Below are positions 1 to 11,378 of a DNA stretch of 64,000 nucleotides, piece by piece. The notes below the pieces were generated by a model that ran no database searches, had not been told where the DNA came from, and saw only the letters and a program-made list of their open reading frames with translations. How positions within the stretch are numbered: the first letter of the stretch is position 1; each line of letters begins with the position of its first letter. The DNA is from Myxococcota bacterium (GTDB lineage: Bacteria > Myxococcota_A > UBA9160 > PR03). The position numbers were made by a program, and so were the translations under genes. The stretch spans positions 1-64,000 of the forward strand of contig JBFIML010000009.1 of assembly GCA_041611735.1 (NCBI GenBank). Reading direction: 5' to 3'.

Positions 1-1
1 G

Positions 2-1609
2 GCCCTCGCCTGGCTGGCGCGCGCGCCGGAGCCCTTCTTCCTGTGGGTGCACTACTACGACCCCCACGCCACCTACGATCCCCCCGCGCGCTACGCGGAG
101 GTCTTCCCGGGGCGGCCCTACGACGGCGAGATCGCCTACGTGGACGCGGAGCTCGGCCGCATCGTGGAGGCGCTGCGCGCGGACCAGCGGCTCGACCGCA
201 CGCTGGTGGTGGCCACGGCGGACCACGGCGAGAGCCTGGGCGAGCACGGCGAGCTCACCCACAGCTACACGCTCTACGACGCCACCCTGGCGGTGCCGCT
301 CCTGGTGCGGGGCCCGGGAGTCCCGGCGGGCGCCGTGGTGGGCGGCGTGGTGCGCACGGTGGACGTGATGCCTACGGTGCTGGCGCGCGCGGGCCTCGCC
401 GCGCCGGCGGACCTGGACGGCAGCGACCTGGCGCCCCTGTGGCAGGCGTCCGCGGCGCCGTCGCCGCGGATCGCCTACGCGGAGACCCTCGCCACGGAGC
501 TCCACCACGGCTGGAGCCCGCTCTTCGCCGTGCGCTCCGCCACCCACCACTACGTGCGGGCCCCGCGGCCGGAGCTCTACGCCGTGGCCACGGATCCGCG
601 CCAGGTGCGCAACCTGCTGGAAGGCGGCGGTGCGGGGCCCGGGCCCATCGTGGCGGAGCTCGACGCGGAGATCGAGTCGCGTCTGGCAGGGGCCACGGCG
701 GTGCGCCCGACCGCCGTCGATGCCGAGACGCGCGCCCGGCTCCAGGTCCTGGGCTACGCGCTCCCGGAGCAGCCCCGGGCACGCAGCGGCGTGGACCCGA
801 AGGACGGGCTCGCCGCCCTGGAGACCTACTTCGACGCCCTCAAGCTCTTCGAGGCCCAGCGCTTCGCCGAGGCCCGGGCCCGGGTCGAGGTCATGCTGGA
901 GCGGGTGCCCACCAGCGCCCTGGGGCATGCGCTGCTGGCGCGCGTCCACGTGATGGAGGGCCACGCCGACCTCGCCCTGGAGCACGCCGAGGCGGCGGCG
1001 CGGCTGCTGCCCCAGGAGGTGAGCTACGCGGTGCTGGTCGGCGACGTGAAGCTCCACCTGGGCGACTGGGCGGGCGCCGAGCGGGCCTGGCGCGACGCCG
1101 TGCGGCGCGAGTCCGACCATCCCCTCACCCAGTCGGCCCTGACGGCAGCCGAGGCGCGGGCGGGCCGGGTGCGGGAGGCGCAGGCGGCGGCGCGTCGCGC
1201 GCGCGAGCTCTCCCCGTCGAGTCCCGAGATCGCCCGGCGCATCGCCGCGGCCTGGGAGCAGGCCGGCGAGTACGAGCGGGCGCTGGCCGCCTACCGCGAG
1301 GCCCTCGCCCTGGATCCCGATTCCCGGGAGACCCACATGCTGCTGGCGATCCAGCTGGCCCGGCTCGGCCAGGGCGCCGACTCGGCGCGGCACCTGGAGC
1401 AGGCCGGGGCCTGGGCGCAGGTCCCGCACCTGCGCAACCGCCTGGGCATCGTGCACGCCGCCCGGGGCGAGGCCGCCCGGGCGGAGGCCATCTTCCGGGA
1501 CCTCATGCGCCAGCACCCGAGCTACCTGACGGTGCGGCGCAACCTGGCCATCCTGCTGCGGGAGCAGGGTCGCCTGCGCGAGGCCGCCCAGGTGGACGCG
1601 GGCGCCTGA
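2..1609 (+). CDS. Sulfatase-like hydrolase with C-terminal TPR repeats (5'-truncated by window)
   Basis: Frame open from position 2 (ALAWLARAPEPFFLWVHYYDPH); sulfatase-superfamily motifs WVHYYDPH, YDGEIAYVD, TADHGESLGEHGE, PELY; helical TPR-like C-terminal half. N-terminal catalytic motif lies outside the window. Confidence 0.85.
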   Translation, partial: ALAWLARAPEPFFLWVHYYDPHATYDPPARYAEVFPGRPYDGEIAYVDAELGRIVEALRADQRLDRTLVVATADHGESLGEHGELTHSYTLYDATLAVPLLVRGPGVPAGAVVGGVVRTVDVMPTVLARAGLAAPADLDGSDLAPLWQASAAPSPRIAYAETLATELHHGWSPLFAVRSATHHYVRAPRPELYAVATDPRQVRNLLEGGGAGPGPIVAELDAEIESRLAGATAVRPTAVDAETRARLQVLGYALPEQPRARSGVDPKDGLAALETYFDALKLFEAQRFAEARARVEVMLERVPTSALGHALLARVHVMEGHADLALEHAEAAARLLPQEVSYAVLVGDVKLHLGDWAGAERAWRDAVRRESDHPLTQSALTAAEARAGRVREAQAAARRARELSPSSPEIARRIAAAWEQAGEYERALAAYREALALDPDSRETHMLLAIQLARLGQGADSARHLEQAGAWAQVPHLRNRLGIVHAARGEAARAEAIFRDLMRQHPSYLTVRRNLAILLREQGRLREAAQVDAGA

Positions 1610-1704
1610 GCCCGTACGGGCGGCTACCCTGGGGCCGACGCGACCGCGTCCTCTCCGCCGTGCCGCACCATCCCTCGACCCCTCCCGCCGCCCCGCCTTC
1701 TCCC

Positions 1705-2553
1705 GTGACGGAGCCCGCCCGCTGGTGGGACGAGGTGGCGGGGATCTCCTGGGTGGAGGCGCAGCCGCTCCTGGACCGCCAGCTCGCGCCCCTGGGACGC
1801 GTCGTCATGGAAGCGGGCGGGGTCGCGCCCGGGGAGCACGTCCTCGACGTGGGCTGCGGCTGCGGCGACACGACCCTGGAGCTGGCGCGCCGGGTGGGGC
1901 CCGAGGGCCGCGCCGTCGGGATCGACGTGTCGCGGCCCATGCTGGCCCACGCCCGGGCCCGGGCGCGCCGGGCGGGTGCGGCGGGGGTGCGCTTCCGGCG
2001 CGTGGATCCCCAGGCGGGCGGTCTGGGCGAGCGCCGCTACCAGCTGGTCTACTCGCGCTTCGGCGTCATGTTCTTCACGGAGCCGGAGCGCGCGTTCCGG
2101 AACCTGTGGCGGGCGCTGCGACCCGACGGACGCCTCGCCTTCGTGTGCTGGCAGGGACGCGAGCGCAACCCGTGGATCACCGTCCCCATGGCCGTGGCCG
2201 CGCGCTTCGTGCCGCTTCCGCCGCCCCTGCCCCCGGACGCGCCCGGCATGTTCGGCCTCGCCGACGCCGGCCGGATCCGGAGTCTCCTCGCCGCGGCGGG
2301 CTTCGTGGACGTGCGCTGCGAGAGCCGGGAGGGGCCGCTGGCGCCCGCGGGCGGCGACCCCGCCCAGGCGGCGGCCCTCTATCTGCTGGTCAGCCCGGTG
2401 GCGGCGGCCCTGCGCGAGAGCGGCGCCGACGAGGCGACGCGGGCGGAGCTGGCCCAAGCGCTGCACGACGAGCTGGCCCGCCACGCCACTGCGCAGGGCG
2501 TCCGTCTGCCATCGGCGGCGTGGCTCGTCACCGCCCGCCGCCGCCGCGCGTAG
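1705..2553 (+). CDS. Class I SAM-dependent methyltransferase
   Basis: VLDVGCGCG motif I, GIDVS, SRFGVMFF, LRPDGRL; start GTG 1705 (alternative GTG 1660). Confidence 0.85.
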   Translation: MTEPARWWDEVAGISWVEAQPLLDRQLAPLGRVVMEAGGVAPGEHVLDVGCGCGDTTLELARRVGPEGRAVGIDVSRPMLAHARARARRAGAAGVRFRRVDPQAGGLGERRYQLVYSRFGVMFFTEPERAFRNLWRALRPDGRLAFVCWQGRERNPWITVPMAVAARFVPLPPPLPPDAPGMFGLADAGRIRSLLAAAGFVDVRCESREGPLAPAGGDPAQAAALYLLVSPVAAALRESGADEATRAELAQALHDELARHATAQGVRLPSAAWLVTARRRRA

Positions 2554-2598
2554 GCGCGCAGCGAGGCGCGGAGTAGAGCGAAGACGCGGGAGAGCCCC

Positions 2599-2672
2599 TG
2601 GATCCCCGGGGAGGATTCGAACCTCCATTCGTAGGTTCAGAGCCTACTGTCCTGCCGTTAGACGACCGGGGA
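2599..2672 (-). tRNA. tRNA-Gln (anticodon CTG), CCA encoded
   Basis: Reverse complement folds: acceptor TCCCCGG/CCGGGGA, D arm, anticodon stem GTAGG/CCTAC with loop CT-CTG-AA, T arm GGAGG-TTCGAAT-CCTCC, then T-CCA. Confidence 0.96.
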
Positions 2673-2686
2673 GCCGCGGCTTCGGG

Positions 2687-2715
2687 TTTATACCGGAGCC
2701 GCCTGGGCCCCTCAA
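2687..2715 (-). promoter_or_regulatory. Putative sigma70-type promoter for tRNA-Gln
   Basis: Minus strand TTGAGG-17 nt-TATAAA, ending 14 nt before the tRNA 5' end; -35 overlaps the gltX stop. Confidence 0.5.
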
Positions 2716-4127
2716 GCGACGCGGATGCGCTCCAAGGCGCGGCCGACGCGCGCCAGCGTGCGGGGCTTCCCGAGGACGGCCAGGGTCTCGTAGATTCCGG
2801 GCGATACCGCGCCGCCCGTCACGGCCACGCGCACCGGCTGGGCCAGGCGACCCAGGGCGAGCCCTTGGTGGCGCGCACAGACCTGCTCGAAGGTCTTCTC
2901 CAGGTCGCCCTCGTTCCAGCTCTCGAGCGCATCCAGCGACGCGTGCAGGTCCGCCAGCGCCGGATCGATCTCCCGCTTCCAGTGCTTGCGCACCGCCTTC
3001 TCGTCGAAGACCAGGGCTTCGTCCGGCACCACCAGGAAGCGCGCCAGCCGGGCCATCTCCCGCAGCGTCTTGCTCCGCTCCCGCAGGAGGTCCACCAGAC
3101 GCGCCAGGGCTTCGTCGGGCTCCACGGGGCCGCCCGCCTCGGCGGCCAGGAAGGGCTGGAGCTCCGCCAGCAGGGCGGGGGCCGGGAGCTCCTTGATGTA
3201 GTGCTGGTTCAGCCACTCGAGCTTGCCGGTCTCGGCCCGGGCCGGAGAGCGGTTCACGGCGGCCAGGTCGAAGAGCTGTGCGATCTCCTCCCGGGAGAAG
3301 ATCTCCTGGTCGCCGTGGGACCAGCCGATGCGCACCAGCCAGTTGCGCAGGGCCTCGGCCAGGTAGCCCTCGTCCCGGTAGTGTTGCACCGAGACCGGGT
3401 CGCGGCGCTTGGAGAGCTTCTTGCCGTCGGAGCCCACGATGAGCGGCACGTGGGCGAAGGCCGGCGGCTCCGCGTCCAGGGCCCGGTAGAGAGCCAGGTG
3501 GAACGGCGTGTTGCTGTGATGATCGGCGCCGCGGATCACGTGGGTGATGCGCATCTCCACGTCGTCCACCACGCCGGCCAGGTGGTAGAGCGGGTGGCCG
3601 TCGCTGCGCTGGATGATCAGGTCGCCGATCTCGCTGCCGGCCTGCCCGCTCGGCCCGAAGACGAGGTCGTCCCAGACCAGGCGCACGTCGGGATCGACGC
3701 GCAGGCGCACGGTGTGGGGGCCGCAGTCCGGACCGTGGCCCGCGTCGCGGCAGCGCCCGTCGTAGGTCCACTTGCGGCCCTCGGCGATGGTGCGCGCCCG
3801 GCGCTCCTCCAGCTCGTCCCGGGTGCACGTGCAGCGGTAGGCACGCCCCTTGCGCAGCAGCTCCGCCACCGCGGTCCGGTAGCGCTCGCCCCGCTCGCTC
3901 TGGCGCACGGGCCCCTCGTCCCAGGGGATGCCGAGCCACTCGAGGCCCTCGATCACGGCCCGCTCCGCCTCGGGGGTGGAGCGCTCGCGGTCCGTATCCT
4001 CGATGCGCAGCACCAGCACGCCCGCGTGGCGACGGGCGAAGGCCCAGTTGAAGAGGGCGGTGCGTGCCCCGCCCAGGTGGAGGAAGCCGGTGGGGCTCGG
4101 GGCGAAACGCGTGCGCACGGTCGCCAT
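2712..4127 (-). CDS. gltX: Glutamate--tRNA ligase
   Basis: VRTRFAPSPTGFLHLGG (HIGH region), LRIEDTD, KKLSKR (KMSKS); ATG at 4127. Confidence 0.97.
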   Translation of the reverse strand: MATVRTRFAPSPTGFLHLGGARTALFNWAFARRHAGVLVLRIEDTDRERSTPEAERAVIEGLEWLGIPWDEGPVRQSERGERYRTAVAELLRKGRAYRCTCTRDELEERRARTIAEGRKWTYDGRCRDAGHGPDCGPHTVRLRVDPDVRLVWDDLVFGPSGQAGSEIGDLIIQRSDGHPLYHLAGVVDDVEMRITHVIRGADHHSNTPFHLALYRALDAEPPAFAHVPLIVGSDGKKLSKRRDPVSVQHYRDEGYLAEALRNWLVRIGWSHGDQEIFSREEIAQLFDLAAVNRSPARAETGKLEWLNQHYIKELPAPALLAELQPFLAAEAGGPVEPDEALARLVDLLRERSKTLREMARLARFLVVPDEALVFDEKAVRKHWKREIDPALADLHASLDALESWNEGDLEKTFEQVCARHQGLALGRLAQPVRVAVTGGAVSPGIYETLAVLGKPRTLARVGRALERIRVA

Positions 4128-4148
4128 GCGGCCCCAGTCTAACTGCCG

Positions 4149-4177
4149 TTGACGCTGCCGCAGGTGGCCTGCATATT
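4149..4177 (+). promoter_or_regulatory. Putative sigma70-type promoter for yceD-rpmF-fab operon
   Basis: TTGACG (4149-4154), 17 nt, CATATT (4172-4177) in the divergent intergenic region. Confidence 0.55.
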
Positions 4178-4225
4178 CGCGCCGGGCCAGGAGGCGGCTC
4201 GTCCGGGCCGCGGCCCCCCGGGGCA

Positions 4226-4801
4226 ATGAGGCTTCTCGTCGATCGACTGAAGGAGACCCCCTCGGTCCACCGCTTCGAGGGCACCGAGGAGTGGTGGGGC
4301 AGCCTGCGGGCCTCGTTGGCGGAGCTCGAAGGCGGGCCTGCGCGGCCCTTCGGCTTCGAGCTGCGTGCCCACCGCATGGGCGAAGACCTCTATCTGGAAG
4401 GGGTGCTGACCGGCGCCCTGGAGCTCGGGTGCAGCCGCTGTCTCGCGCGCTACCGTCACCCGCTCCGCGAGACCTTCCGGCTGGTGCTCGAGCCGGCGGC
4501 CCAGCGTGTCCCAGCCGACCCGGAAGCGGCCCGCGCGCTGGCGCAGTTCGGCATGTGCCCGGGCGACGAGCTCGAGACCGGTTGGTTCCGCGGCAGCGAG
4601 ATCGATCTCGGGGAGTTCTTCCGGGAGCTGGTCGCACTGTGCATGCCGGTGCAGCCCGTGTGCCGCGAGGAGTGTCGCGGTCTGTGCCCGCAGTGCGGGG
4701 CGGACCGCAATCTGAAGAGCTGCCGGTGCGTGGAGGCCGGCCGGAGCTCGCCCTTTGCGGTGCTCCGTGGCCTGCGCGGCGGCGGAAGGGGAGAGGCCTG
4801 A
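4226..4801 (+). CDS. yceD: DUF177/YceD family protein
   Basis: CSRCL and CREECRGLCPQCGADRN motifs, C-terminal SPFAVL; directly upstream of rpmF. Confidence 0.9.
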   Translation: MRLLVDRLKETPSVHRFEGTEEWWGSLRASLAELEGGPARPFGFELRAHRMGEDLYLEGVLTGALELGCSRCLARYRHPLRETFRLVLEPAAQRVPADPEAARALAQFGMCPGDELETGWFRGSEIDLGEFFRELVALCMPVQPVCREECRGLCPQCGADRNLKSCRCVEAGRSSPFAVLRGLRGGGRGEA

Positions 4802-4983
4802 TGGCGGTTCCGAAGCGAAAGACCTCGCGCGCCCGGCGCGACCGGCGGCGCAGCCACGACGCGCTCGCGCTTCCGGCTCGCTCCACCTGCCCCCAGTGCA
4901 AGGAGCCCAAGCGTCCCCATCACATCTGCCGCAACTGCGGCACCTACCGAGGCCGCACGCTGATCCAGACCGACGAGGAGTAG
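4801..4983 (+). CDS. rpmF: 50S ribosomal protein L32 (Zn-ribbon form)
   Basis: MAVPKRKTSRARRDRRRSH...CPQC...HHICRNCGTYRG. Confidence 0.97.
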   Translation: MAVPKRKTSRARRDRRRSHDALALPARSTCPQCKEPKRPHHICRNCGTYRGRTLIQTDEE

Positions 4984-4988
4984 CGGGC

Positions 4989-5930
4989 GTGCTCGCTCTC
5001 CTGTTCCCCGGCCAGGGGTCCCAGGCGGTCGGGATGGGCCGCGAGGTGGCGGAAGTCTCGGCGGCAGCCCGGGCGGTCTTCGCGGCGGCCGACGCGGCGC
5101 TCGGCGTTCCCCTGGCGCGGCTCTGCTTCCAGGGGCCGGCGCGTGAGCTGCAGCGCACGGAGCTGCAGCAGCCGGCGGTCCTCGCCACGAGCGTGGCGCT
5201 GCTGCGGGCGCTGGAGGAGCGCGGGGCGGTGGCGCCCGCCTGGGCGGCGGGCCACAGCCTCGGGGAGTACACGGCGCTGGTGGCCTGCGGAGCCCTCGAT
5301 TTCGAGGAGGCCGTGCGCCTGGTGCACGCCCGGGGCCGCTACATGCAGGAGGCGGTGCCCGAGGGAGAGGGCGCCATGGCCGCCGTGCTGGGGTGTTCCG
5401 CCGCGCTGGTGGAGCGCGCCTGCGAGGCCGCGCGCGCCGAGACCGGCGGCTGGGTCGAGCCGGCCAACTACAACGCGCCGGAGCAGACCGTCGTCTCCGG
5501 GGAGGCCGTCGCCGTGGAGGCCGCCTGCGCGAGGGCGCGGGAGGCCGGCGCCCGACGCGTGCTGCGCCTGCCCGTCTCGGCTCCCTTCCACTGCCGCCTG
5601 ATGGCTGCCGCCGCCGACAAGCTCGCCCCGGAGCTGGCGCGCCTGGCCTTCCGCGATCCGCGGCCGCCGATCGTCAGCAACGTGGAGGCCCGGCCCAACG
5701 CGAGCGCGGCCCGGGTGCCCGAGCTGCTGCAGCGCCAGGTGACGGAGCCCGTGCGCTTCGTGGAGAGTGTCCGGTGTCTGGTGGAGCTCGGCGCCACCCG
5801 CGTGCTCGAGGTGGGGCCGGGCCGGGTGCTGAGCAGCCTCGTGGGCCGCATCGCACCGGAGCTCGAGCGGGCCAACCTGGCCGGGTCCGGGGACCTGGAG
5901 CGGGCCGCCCGCTTCGTCGCCGGCGCGTAG
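4989..5930 (+). CDS. fabD: Malonyl-CoA:ACP transacylase
   Basis: [29 protein letters not shown] start 4989. Confidence 0.96.
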   Translation: MLALLFPGQGSQAVGMGREVAEVSAAARAVFAAADAALGVPLARLCFQGPARELQRTELQQPAVLATSVALLRALEERGAVAPAWAAGHSLGEYTALVACGALDFEEAVRLVHARGRYMQEAVPEGEGAMAAVLGCSAALVERACEAARAETGGWVEPANYNAPEQTVVSGEAVAVEAACARAREAGARRVLRLPVSAPFHCRLMAAAADKLAPELARLAFRDPRPPIVSNVEARPNASAARVPELLQRQVTEPVRFVESVRCLVELGATRVLEVGPGRVLSSLVGRIAPELERANLAGSGDLERAARFVAGA

Positions 5931-6042
5931 GGCTTGCCCCGGGCGCCGGCAGCCGGGGACGGCTACGCTTCCGCCGCCGGCGGAATGGGCAGTCGGGTTC
6001 GGGTTTCTGGTGGGGGTTCGGGTCGGGGTCGGGAGGGGTTCC

Positions 6043-6279
6043 ATGTCGCTCGAGAGCCGCGTCACCGACATCATCGTGGAGCAGCTGGGAGTGTCCCGCG
6101 AAGAGGTGGTCCCGCAGGCTTCCTTCATCGAGGACCTGGGGGCCGACTCCCTCGACATCGTCGAGCTCGTGATGGCCATGGAAGAAGAGTTCGACATCGA
6201 GATCCCCGACGAGGACGCCGAGAAGATCCAGACCATCCGGGACGCGCTTGCCTACGTGAAGGAGCGCGTCGAGGCCTGA
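6043..6279 (+). CDS. acpP: Acyl carrier protein
   Basis: [39 protein letters not shown] upstream. Confidence 0.98.
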   Translation: MSLESRVTDIIVEQLGVSREEVVPQASFIEDLGADSLDIVELVMAMEEEFDIEIPDEDAEKIQTIRDALAYVKERVEA

Positions 6280-6284
6280 CCCCC

Positions 6285-7540
<1,256 letters not shown>

Positions 7541-7541
<1 letters not shown>

Positions 7542-9259
7542 TGGGCGATCCGATCTGGCTGGCCAGCGACCACCGGGGCTTCGCGCTCAAGACGGAGCTG
7601 CGCCGCCGCCTGGAGGCGGCGGGCCATGCAGTGCGCGACTGCGGCAGCGATGGCAGCGAGTCGGTGGACTACCCGGAGCTCGTGGCGCCGGTGGCCCGCG
7701 CCGTGGCGCGGGGCGAGGCGGCGCGGGCCATCGTGATCTGCGGCTCCGGCCTCGGCGTGACCTATGCCGCCAACCGCTTTCCGCGCGTGCGGGCGGCCCT
7801 CGTCCACGACGAGGAGGGCGCCCGCATGGCGCGCCTCCACAACGACGCCAACGTGCTGGCCCTGGCGGGCGACCGGCTCGCAGGCGAAGCGGCCTGGCGC
7901 CTCGTCACCACCTGGCTCGAGACGCCCTTCGAGGGCGGCCGGCACGCGCGGCGCGTCGAGCAGATCGACGCCCTGGCGCGCGACGCCTGGCAGGGGTCGC
8001 AGGCGGACCCGGTGGCCGCCGTGGATCCGCCCATCCAGCGCCTGCTGCGCCGCGAGGCCCGCCGCCAGGCCCTGAACCTCGAGCTCATCGCCTCGGAGAA
8101 CTTCGTGTCGGAAGCGGTCCTCGCCGCGGTGGGCTCGGTCCTCACCAACAAGTACGCGGAGGGCTATCCGGGCCGGCGCTACTACGGCGGCTGCGAGGTG
8201 GTGGACGAGGTGGAGAAGCTTGCCATCGAGCGGGCCCGGACCCTGTTCGGGGCCGACCACGCCAACGTGCAGCCCCACTCCGGCTCCCAGGCCAACGAGG
8301 CGGTCTATCGCGCGGCCCTCGACCTGGGGGACACGATGCTCGCCATGAACCTGGACCAGGGCGGGCACCTGACCCACGGCAGCCCGGTCAACTTCTCGGG
8401 CCAGCTCTACCGCGTCGTCGCCTACGGCGTGCGCCGCGACACCGAGCAGATCGATTACGACGAGGTGCGACGCCTGGCCCGCGAGCACCGGCCCAGGCTG
8501 ATCCAGTGTGGCACCACCGCCTATTCCCGGACCCTCGACTTCAAGGTGTTCCGGGAGATCGCGGACGAGGTGGGGGCGGTCCTGTTCGCGGACATCGCCC
8601 ACATCGCCGGCCTGGTGGCGGCCGGAGTGCACGCGAGCCCGGTGGGCCACGCCCAGATCGTATCCACCACGACCCACAAGACCCTGCGCGGGCCGCGCGG
8701 GGGCATGATCCTGTGCGACGCCGACTGGGCCAAGCGCATCGACAGCGCGGTCTTCCCGGGGCTGCAGGGGGGTCCCCTGATGCACGTGATCGCGGGCAAG
8801 GCCGTGGCCTTCCACGAGGCGGCGCAGCCGGGCTTCCGCGACTACTGCAAGCGCGTGGTCAAGAACGCCGACGCCCTGGCTCGCGCCCTGGCGGAGCGGG
8901 GCCTCCGCATCGTTTCGGGCGGCACCGACACCCACCTCTTCCTGCTCTCCCTGGTGGACCACGACACCACGGGCAAGGCCGCCCAGACGGCCCTGGAGCG
9001 CGCCGGGATCACCGCCAACAAGAACATGGTGCCCTTCGACCCGCGCAAGCCCATGGTCACGTCGGGGGTCCGCATCGGGACGCCGGCGGTCACCACGCGC
9101 GGCATGGGTCCCGGGGAGATGGTGGAGATCGGGGCGCTCATCGCCCGGGTGCTCGAGCGGCCCGGCGACGTGGAGCGCCTCGACGCGATCCGGCGCGACG
9201 TGGAGACCCTGTGCCGCCGCTTCCCGCTCTACGCGAGCCGCTGGAGCGATCGGGACTGA
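7541..9259 (+). CDS. rpiB-glyA: Fused ribose-5-phosphate isomerase B / serine hydroxymethyltransferase
   Basis: N-terminal [34 protein letters not shown] (RpiB) in frame with [39 protein letters not shown] (SHMT); no stop between them. Confidence 0.92.
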
Positions 9260-9261
9260 GC

Positions 9262-9747
9262 GTGCGCTGCCCCTACTGCGCCGACGAGGAGAGCCGGGTG
9301 GTCGACTCGCGTCTCGGACGCGAGGGCGGCGAGATCCGCCGGAGGCGCGAGTGCCTGGAATGCGGGCGCCGCTTCACCACCCGCGAGCGGGTGGAGGAGG
9401 TTCTGCCCAAGATCGTCAAGCGCGACGAGCGCCGCGAGGAGTACGATCGGCACAAGCTCCAGCTCGGCATCGAGAAGGCCTGCGCCAAGCGACCGGTCTC
9501 GGCGGATGCCGTCGAGCGTCTGATGGACCGCGTCGAGAAGCGACTCCACGAGAGCGGCGAGAGCGAGCTCCCGAGCCGTCGGCTCGGAAGCTGGATTCTG
9601 GAGGAGCTGGCCGCGGTAGACGTGATGGCGGCTGCGCGCTTCGCTTCGGTCTTCGAGGGCTTCGAGAGCGCAGGCGACTACGCCGCCTTCTTCGAGAGCG
9701 CGGGCCGGCTGCGGCGGGGTGCGCCCGAAGCCGGACGCACCCCGTAG
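9262..9747 (+). CDS. nrdR: Transcriptional repressor NrdR
   Basis: RCPYC...VVDSR...IRRRRECLECGRRFTTRER, ATP-cone, RFASV. Confidence 0.95.
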   Translation: MRCPYCADEESRVVDSRLGREGGEIRRRRECLECGRRFTTRERVEEVLPKIVKRDERREEYDRHKLQLGIEKACAKRPVSADAVERLMDRVEKRLHESGESELPSRRLGSWILEELAAVDVMAAARFASVFEGFESAGDYAAFFESAGRLRRGAPEAGRTP

Positions 9748-9756
9748 CGGGCCGGG

Positions 9757-10887
9757 TTGGATCCGGAAGCGGCCATGCGGCTCGCCCTGGCCCAGGCGCG
9801 GCGCGCCCTGGGACGCACCTTCCCCAACCCCCCCGTGGGTGCGGTCGTGTTCCGGGGCGATCGCGTGCTCGGCCGCGGCAGGACGCGCCCGCCCGGCGGA
9901 CCCCACGCCGAAGTGGTGGCGCTCGAGCGCGCCTCGCACCGCTACGGCGCCCCCGCCCTGAAGGGCGCTGCCCTGGCCGTCACCCTGGAGCCGTGCCGTC
10001 ACTGGGGTCGCACGGGTCCGTGCACGGACGCCATCGTGGCGGCGCGGCTCGGCCGCGTCTACGTGGGTCACCTGGACCCCAACCCGCGTATGGCGGGCGC
10101 TGGCGTGCGGCGCCTGCGGCGCGCCGGGATCGAGGTCTCCGTGGGCGTGCTCGAGGATGCCTGCCGCCACCAGCACCGCGGCTTCGCCTCGGTGCACCGG
10201 CGGGGTCGGCCCTTCGTCACCGTGAAGCTGGCCGCCAGCCTGGACGGACGCATCGCCACCGCACGCGGCGAGTCGCGTTGGATCACCGGCCCGCGGGCGC
10301 GCGCCTTCGTGCACGCGCTGCGGGCCCGCACCGACGCGATCCTGATCGGGGCGGGGACCGCCCTGGCGGACGACCCCGACCTGACCGCGCGGGACGGCCG
10401 GCGCGTCGTCCACCGGCCGGTACGGGTCTTGCTGGATACGCGCCTGCGGGTGCCGACCCGGGCGCGTCTCTACCGCCGCGCCGACCCGGAGCGCACCTGG
10501 GTGGTCTGTGGAAGCAGTGCTTCGGCCCGGCATCGGCGCGCCGTGGCTGACACCGGCGCCCGCGTGCTTCCCGTGGCCACCCGCGCGGGACGCGTGGCGT
10601 TGCCGGCGGCCCTGGCTCGCCTGGCCCGCGAGGGGCTCACCACGCTCCTGGCGGAAGGGGGCGGCGAGCTCGCCGCCGCGCTGCTGCGGGTTCGGCTCGT
10701 GGACGAGCTGCACTGGCTGATGGCGCCGCGGCTGCTGGGCGGGGATGCGCGCCCCGCCGTGGGGCCGCTCGGCCTGGTCCGGCTGCGCGAGTCGCCGGGG
10801 CTCGTGGCGCCGCGCTGGCGGCGCCTGGGCGAGGACTGGCACGTGCAGGCGGGCGTCGCGCTTCCGGTCTCGCGGAGGCGGCCGTGA
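9757..10887 (+). CDS. ribD: Riboflavin biosynthesis deaminase/reductase
   Basis: PNPPVGAV, HAE, TLEPCRHWGRTGPC, KLAASLDG, SRWITG, EGG; start TTG 9757 or ATG 9775. Confidence 0.95.
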   Translation: MDPEAAMRLALAQARRALGRTFPNPPVGAVVFRGDRVLGRGRTRPPGGPHAEVVALERASHRYGAPALKGAALAVTLEPCRHWGRTGPCTDAIVAARLGRVYVGHLDPNPRMAGAGVRRLRRAGIEVSVGVLEDACRHQHRGFASVHRRGRPFVTVKLAASLDGRIATARGESRWITGPRARAFVHALRARTDAILIGAGTALADDPDLTARDGRRVVHRPVRVLLDTRLRVPTRARLYRRADPERTWVVCGSSASARHRRAVADTGARVLPVATRAGRVALPAALARLAREGLTTLLAEGGGELAAALLRVRLVDELHWLMAPRLLGGDARPAVGPLGLVRLRESPGLVAPRWRRLGEDWHVQAGVALPVSRRRP

Positions 10888-11378
10888 GGGTGTGGCCCAG
10901 CATTCGCGATGCCAGCGGTCTGCGCGTCGCGATCGTCGTCTCGCGCTTCAACCATCCGGTCTCGGTGCGTCTGCTCGAGGGCGCCGCGGCGGAGCTGGCC
11001 GAACGCGGGGCGGACGCCGCCGACGTGCACGTGGCCTGGGTCCCGGGCGCCTTCGAGATTCCCCAGGCAGCCCGCGCCCTGGCGGGGAGCGGACGCTACG
11101 ATGCGGTGGTCGCACTCGGCGCGGTGATCCGGGGCTCGACGCCTCATTTCGACTACGTCTGCCGGGCGGTCACCGATGGCGTGCGCGAGGTGATTCGGGA
11201 CACGGGGGTTCCGGTGGCGTTCGGCGTGCTCACCACCGACGATGCAGCGCAGGCCCTGGCGCGGGCCGGCGGTCCCGAGGGCAACAAGGGAGCCGAGGCC
11301 GTCCTGGCGGCCCTGGAGATGGTGCATCTGTCACGCGCCGTGGCGCGGGCGCCGGAAGGCGGGGAGGGGGAGCGGTGA
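10884..11378 (+). CDS. ribH: 6,7-dimethyl-8-ribityllumazine synthase
   Basis: IVVSRFN, VPGAFEIP, GAVIRGSTPHFDYV, FGVLT, NKG. Confidence 0.96.
   Translation: MRVWPSIRDASGLRVAIVVSRFNHPVSVRLLEGAAAELAERGADAADVHVAWVPGAFEIPQAARALAGSGRYDAVVALGAVIRGSTPHFDYVCRAVTDGVREVIRDTGVPVAFGVLTTDDAAQALARAGGPEGNKGAEAVLAALEMVHLSRAVARAPEGGEGER

Noticed and set aside
1610..1621. 12-bp palindrome gcccgtacgggc after the sulfatase stop
   Set aside because: Short, no loop or U-tract, plausible by chance at this GC content.
43..2553. 836-aa ORF appearing to fuse a long N-terminal region to the methyltransferase
   Set aside because: The first 550 or so residues are an Arg/Gly/Pro-rich alternative frame over the sulfatase gene; only the part from about 1705 is protein-like.
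2554..2672. tRNA 3' end as an integration site or island boundary
   Set aside because: No integrase, no duplicated tRNA 3' end and no compositional shift visible in the window; sequence left of position 1 cannot be assessed.
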